Below are positions 38,757 to 40,437 of a DNA stretch of 40,437 bases, in pieces. Both the position numbers and the translations under genes were made by a program. Origin of the DNA: Octopus bimaculoides (lineage: Eukaryota); assembly GCF_001194135.2 (NCBI RefSeq), contig NC_068999.1, forward strand, positions 48,276,517 through 48,316,953, read 5' to 3'. Positions within the stretch are counted from its first letter, which is position 1; every line of letters begins with the position of its first letter. Under the pieces are notes generated by a model. It saw nothing but the letters and a program-made list of their open reading frames with translations. It ran no database searches and was not told the origin of the DNA.

Positions 38757-38766
38757 NNNNNNNNNN

Positions 38767-38800
<34 letters not shown>
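38350..38800. repeat. TA-rich compound microsatellite/minisatellite with 10-N gaps
   Basis: Direct reading. Confidence 0.95.
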
Positions 38801-38804
<4 letters not shown>

Positions 38805-38869
38805 AGCTCCGAAATGGGTCTCAGGCAGTATTGTCCCTGCCTTCCTGAGCAAGTTTTCCTCCACATTTC

Positions 38870-39110
38870 TTAAAAATCATGGTAGAAGCCTTGGGACCAC
38901 TCATGTCAAGAAACCGAGGTTGGGGGTAAGCAAGGGCATGCTCCCCGTAGAAAATCTACCTTGAAAAAAGCCTCGTGGTAGCAAGGGAGAATGGGAAGCC
39001 CAAAGGTTGGGATGTGCTGTACCTGCCTGCCTCAGTTGCTATGGCATTGAGGTAGATCTGACCACCCCCATTAATGGAGACAAAATCCAGATTTAAAACA
39101 CTGGATATGT
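38870..39110 (+). mobile_element. Probable LINE (RTE-like) 5' UTR fragment
   Basis: GC-richer block with ggggtaagcaagggcatgctccccgtagaaaa, recalled from RTE-type 5' ends; no protein evidence. Confidence 0.35.
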
Positions 39111-40254
39111 AAGTACACACACACACATAAATATAAATAACATAATATTTCCAAACATACTATGAATTTAACTAATTTTAGAACACTTTCAAAACGTGTT
39201 AACATGTATTTTCAGAAATATTTATTTTAAATTATATATCCTATATCTAAATATGTTAATACAATAAAAAAATTTGTCGGTTTCGTAAGGTGAATGCTAT
39301 AATTAAAGATGTGATTTCCTTGATACGGATTTTGATTGTCTAATACCCTGAATTTCTCAGAATTCTTCTAAATGATATTTGGCTCGTGTCATGCACGAGG
39401 AATTACCTTGGATGTGTATTCTACTTGCATTTATTAGTGTCTGATTGTTGGATATAGTTCAACAAATTTGTTTAAAACTGAATGCTTCAATGATATCTGC
39501 TTGGATTTTTTAATTCCTTTGTTTCTTTTTCTTACACACACACACACACACAAAGAGAGGGAGAAAGAAATATGTATTTAAAGGTGTGTATACTACATGC
39601 ATAAATACACACAGACAGACCATTGATGTGTGGGGTAGGTCGTTTGAGAACACTAAAAAAAAAACTCAAACTTTTTGTCATAAGAAGACAAAACAAATTA
39701 AGCCTGACAATGTACCTACTCGAAACAGCAATCAGTACTATCGTTTTTAACAAAAAAATGTATTGATGATGATGTGTTTTCTGATGCAGCAGAAAATTAC
39801 AGAATGGTCACAGCTAGAACATCTTTCAGTTTATTATTTTGTAAGCTTGATCAAAACTACTCTAACAATGGCAACAAGGAACAACAATGGCGTACACAGA
39901 TTTTTCAAATATTATTATGAGTGACAGGAAAGAAGCAGCTGAAATGAAAAACACAAAGACTCTAAACCGGTTTGCAAGTCATTAATAGCACACCTTCGAT
40001 TAAATTCTAAATAGAGAAAGAAGTGGTGCGAATAAATATGAATAAATTACATTCAAAAAAAAAAAATTTAATACAGGCTTCATTAACTATAGTGCATGTA
40101 CTATGTAGGTGTGGTATATGAGGTGACGCATGAATGGGTCTTGACTGAGTCAGACAAAATGTATATCTACATGCATGTGTGTTTGTGTGTGTGTTTATGC
40201 AATATATGTTATCATCATCATCATTTAACATTTATATATATATATATATATACT

Positions 40255-40437
40255 TTATTTAAAAGCAGCAGAAATATAACAAAAAAACCATTACTCTGAG
40301 TTTCACGTTCCCGTTCTTCTAACAAAACTGTCCGATGAACGGGAACGTGAAACTCAGAGTAATATTACTCTACCTCTAGTATCTGAGTACTCTTTTTCCC
40401 ACCTTGTTGCACATTTCATGTGCTTGCTCCGGTATAT
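40255..40437 (+). mobile_element. Second copy of the putative PLE pseudo-LTR with hammerhead-like core and fold-back
   Basis: aaaactgt-CCGATGA-ACG-GGAA-CGT-GAAA-CTCAGAG-TA at 40324-40361; perfect 26 bp inverted repeat at 40291-40316 / 40337-40362. Confidence 0.6.

Overview
AT-rich, microsatellite- and repeat-dense animal genomic DNA with several N gaps. The repeat content looks cephalopod (Octopus-like); this is an inference, and no database was searched. Almost all ORFs in the supplied track are microsatellite or chance ORFs. The one well-supported host gene is a divergent profilin-like gene on the minus strand that the ORF track misses. It has two coding exons (27349-27511, 26528-26634) with canonical splice sites and matching phase, plus a non-coding last exon starting at 25466. 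A phase-compatible, profilin-N-terminus-like exon lies about 19 kb downstream (6908-7056), and an inverted copy of the gene's 3' UTR sits at 13761-14170. The rest is a transposon graveyard: tRNA-derived SINEs, RTE LINE relics, a Penelope-like (PLE) RT fragment, an internally deleted mariner nested in a Gypsy integrase relic, a Tigger/pogo relic, hAT/Tc1/piggyBac-type MITEs and a 1.13 kb Helitron with recognisable ends. Several minimal hammerhead-ribozyme-like motifs of the PLE type are present: one canonical, and others with non-canonical cores. Some sit at fold-back (inverted duplication) junctions.
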